A stretch of DNA of 59,791 nt, the filler included. It is 7 parts of 7 records of this genome, joined end to end, with 100 filler letters (N's around TTAATTAATTAA, not from the genome) between each part and the next. Parts side by side here need not be neighbours in the genome. Positions count along the whole stretch, not along the records: positions 54,398 to 59,791 come from SRR31156797_51455; 6 more parts are not named here. One strand, 5' to 3'. The position numbers were made by a program, and so were the translations under genes. Positions 57,638-59,791 of the stretch are shown piece after piece. The notes beneath the pieces were generated by a model. It was not told the origin of the DNA and made no database searches. It worked only from the letters and a program-made list of their open reading frames with translations. The first letter of the stretch is position 1; every line of letters begins with the position of its first letter.

Positions 57638-59299
57638 CTAAATGGAAAATGGAAGTCCATCCACACCATGCTTGTAAAAATTGACTATGATCTCAAGAAC
57701 GTCATAATAGTCCTCGATGCCTCTTGAACGCATCTCTTCCAGTATCTTTGCTCTTAGGAAGAGATCCTGGTAGATCATCCTCCTATCCTCATAACCAAGC
57801 TTTGAGGCAATTTTATCCTCAAGGATGTAGCTGTTGTTCAGACCACGGAACTTATGCACGTCAGTATCCGGTTCCCATATGAACACAGCTCTTGTGGCAA
57901 CTCCACCTATTTCTTCATAGTAACCTTCGATTTCTTCTATGGCAAGTGCACGTCGCAGGAATTTACCTTTTCGGTAAACAGCTGAAAGGATCATTGCAAT
58001 ATTCAGGTTGTCAATGAAAGTAACAGGTACGTTGATAGGATCAGCTGTAAGACGCTGGATCATCTTTGATACAGCAGATGCGTGGAAAGTTGCAAGTACA
58101 GGGTGACCTGTCTGCATGCCCTGGAAAGCTACATTACCTTCAGCACCTCGAATTTCACCAACAATAATATAGTTTGGTCTGGAACGAAGAGCAGCTTTAA
58201 GCAAGGCAAAGGTATCTACCCTTGACTCGGGTGGACCTTCTTCACGGGTGATCAGTTGCTGCCACACAGGCTGTGGTGGCTGAACCTCAGCCGTGTCCTC
58301 TGCAGAGAAGATCTTTGCCTTTGGATTGACAAAAGCAAGACATGCATTGAGCATTGTGGTCTTGCCACTTGCAGTCTCACCACTGAAGAAGATACTCATA
58401 CCATTCTCAAGACAAAGCCACATGTAAGCTGCCATTTCCGCATCCAGTGCACCCCAATTAATGAGCTGGATAATGCTTACAGGAACATCACTGAACTTAC
58501 GCATGGTAAAACTACTACCACGCTTACTGACATCTATAGGATAAATAATGTTGATACGGGAACCATCAGGCAGTGCACCGTCGGCAATTGGCCTGGCGTC
58601 ACTCACAGGACGACCTATACGCTCACTCATACTGCGGAGCCAGTCATCAAGACCCTGCTCATCCCCAAATGTCAGGTCAGTCTTAATGGTATCAAATATC
58701 TTGTGGACGATAAATATATTGTCCACACCTATACTGCTGATATCTTCAAGATATGGATCCCTGATGATCGGCTCGATAGGTCCTGATCCGATGATGTCCC
58801 TTTCTACATGGTACAGGATCTTGTTGTACTCACTCTGAGTTAAAGGAACTTTTTTCTGCACGGGAATGAACTTCTGGAGAAAATCGAATTTACCACCACC
58901 GCCATCGTCATCTATATTCCCACCTGCACCAACATCAACCGCTGCATTAAGCAATTTAGTGATGAGATCCTTAAGTTCGGCCTCCGTCTCGGGAACCGGC
59001 TCAGTTGATGACTTTTCAAGAACAATATCCAGAATTGCATGATACTTGGCTTTTTCAGACGCATTCAGCTCAGGCTCTATTCCATAGTAGTTGACCTCTC
59101 CCAGCTCGTCACCACCATGAAGATGAATGAATACAGGATCACCCACAGGAAGGATAATGTTTACTTTTGAAGGATCAATGTCCTTTCCAAGACTAACCAT
59201 AAAAGTTGGCTCATCATCCCCCGTTTCCTGCATGAACTTCTTTACATACGTCCCCAGATGAGGATTTCTTTGTATTGCTTTCTGAAATTCCGGATCCAT
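57638..59299 (-). CDS. flaI: Archaellum ATPase FlaI/ArlI
   Basis: Walker A GETASGKTT, AEDTAE, ALRSRPNYIIVGEIRG, QTGH..TFHA. Confidence 0.95.
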   Translation of the reverse strand: MDPEFQKAIQRNPHLGTYVKKFMQETGDDEPTFMVSLGKDIDPSKVNIILPVGDPVFIHLHGGDELGEVNYYGIEPELNASEKAKYHAILDIVLEKSSTEPVPETEAELKDLITKLLNAAVDVGAGGNIDDDGGGGKFDFLQKFIPVQKKVPLTQSEYNKILYHVERDIIGSGPIEPIIRDPYLEDISSIGVDNIFIVHKIFDTIKTDLTFGDEQGLDDWLRSMSERIGRPVSDARPIADGALPDGSRINIIYPIDVSKRGSSFTMRKFSDVPVSIIQLINWGALDAEMAAYMWLCLENGMSIFFSGETASGKTTMLNACLAFVNPKAKIFSAEDTAEVQPPQPVWQQLITREEGPPESRVDTFALLKAALRSRPNYIIVGEIRGAEGNVAFQGMQTGHPVLATFHASAVSKMIQRLTADPINVPVTFIDNLNIAMILSAVYRKGKFLRRALAIEEIEGYYEEIGGVATRAVFIWEPDTDVHKFRGLNNSYILEDKIASKLGYEDRRMIYQDLFLRAKILEEMRSRGIEDYYDVLEIIVNFYKHGVDGLPFSI

Positions 59300-59317
59300 A
59301 TAACCACGCTTTTAGTT

Positions 59318-59791
59318 TTATGACACTGAAGCAATTTCCACTACAAGTCCTACTTTCGGTTCTATCCTGAAACCTATCATCTGACCTACCGGAGCCTTTG
59401 CGCCTGTAAATTTATTTACAACAATGGTCCTTTTAACCTCACTTCCAAGAGGCTTTGACTTAAGAGTTATGTAAACGTCACATGAAGAACGAAACATCGA
59501 AGCTATGTCTTCACTTAACTGGTTGGGTTCTATTGTCAGTATAATGACCTTCCCCATTCCATTTAGCTTCTTAAAAAAGGAGATTAACTCAAGACTTTTC
59601 TCTGTGTTTGCACTGTATTTTATCAAAGATGATATTGTATCGATGATTATAATGTTTTTCTCGAATAGTTCTTCTGCCATCATTAATCTTTCAATAAAAT
59701 CAAAGCGTGACTTTGCTGCCTGTACAAGTGGTATCACAGGAATGTAGAGTAACATGCCGTTTAACAAGTATTGAGCTATTGGATAATCCAT
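59318..59791 (-). CDS. flaH: Archaellum protein FlaH/ArlH (5' truncated)
   Basis: IIIDTIS (Walker B), GKVIILT, FRIEPKVGLVVEIASV; flaH-flaI-flaJ order. Confidence 0.92.
   Translation of the reverse strand: MDYPIAQYLLNGMLLYIPVIPLVQAAKSRFDFIERLMMAEELFEKNIIIIDTISSLIKYSANTEKSLELISFFKKLNGMGKVIILTIEPNQLSEDIASMFRSSCDVYITLKSKPLGSEVKRTIVVNKFTGAKAPVGQMIGFRIEPKVGLVVEIASVS

Overview
This is not one locus. It is seven unrelated metagenomic contigs joined by 100-nt N-TTAATTAATTAA-N linkers, so gene neighbourhoods only hold within a contig. (1) 1-15092, probably a spirochaete: MCP tail; a five-gene operon (adenylate cyclase, FecR protein, two putative outer-membrane proteins, FGE-type lipoprotein); CheY, CheX and an [FeFe]-hydrogenase-like/CheA-like kinase fusion; an XRE regulator, a degenerate GGDEF protein and a purU tail. 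(2) 15193-27755, Desulfobacterales-like housekeeping genes (cstA, map, miaB, LysR, recJ, TetR, glgP, rfbD). (3) 27856-32942: tRNA fragment, rpoD, dnaG, YqeY, hisA. (4) 33043-43104, probably a spirochaete: nagA, sugar ABC transporter, YesMN-type two-component system, pstSC. (5) 43205-48247: TRAP DctM, a stand-alone DUF262 gene, a three-subunit Mo-hydroxylase and adenine deaminase. (6) 48348-54297: the 3' end of a type I-F CRISPR-Cas locus (cas7f tail, cas6f, leader, one 28-nt repeat) joined directly to a FAD/Fe-S oxidoreductase, FadR and TRAP cluster. (7) 54398-59791, a methanogenic archaeon: isopropylmalate dehydrogenase family gene and flaJ/flaI/flaH. The strongest lead is contig 6. Its Cas7f and Cas6f resemble, from memory, the transposon-associated I-F3 (CAST) clade, apparently outside the usual Gammaproteobacteria, and the array is a single repeat ending 2 nt from a metabolic gene's stop codon. 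All family and taxonomic calls come from motif recognition; no database search was run.
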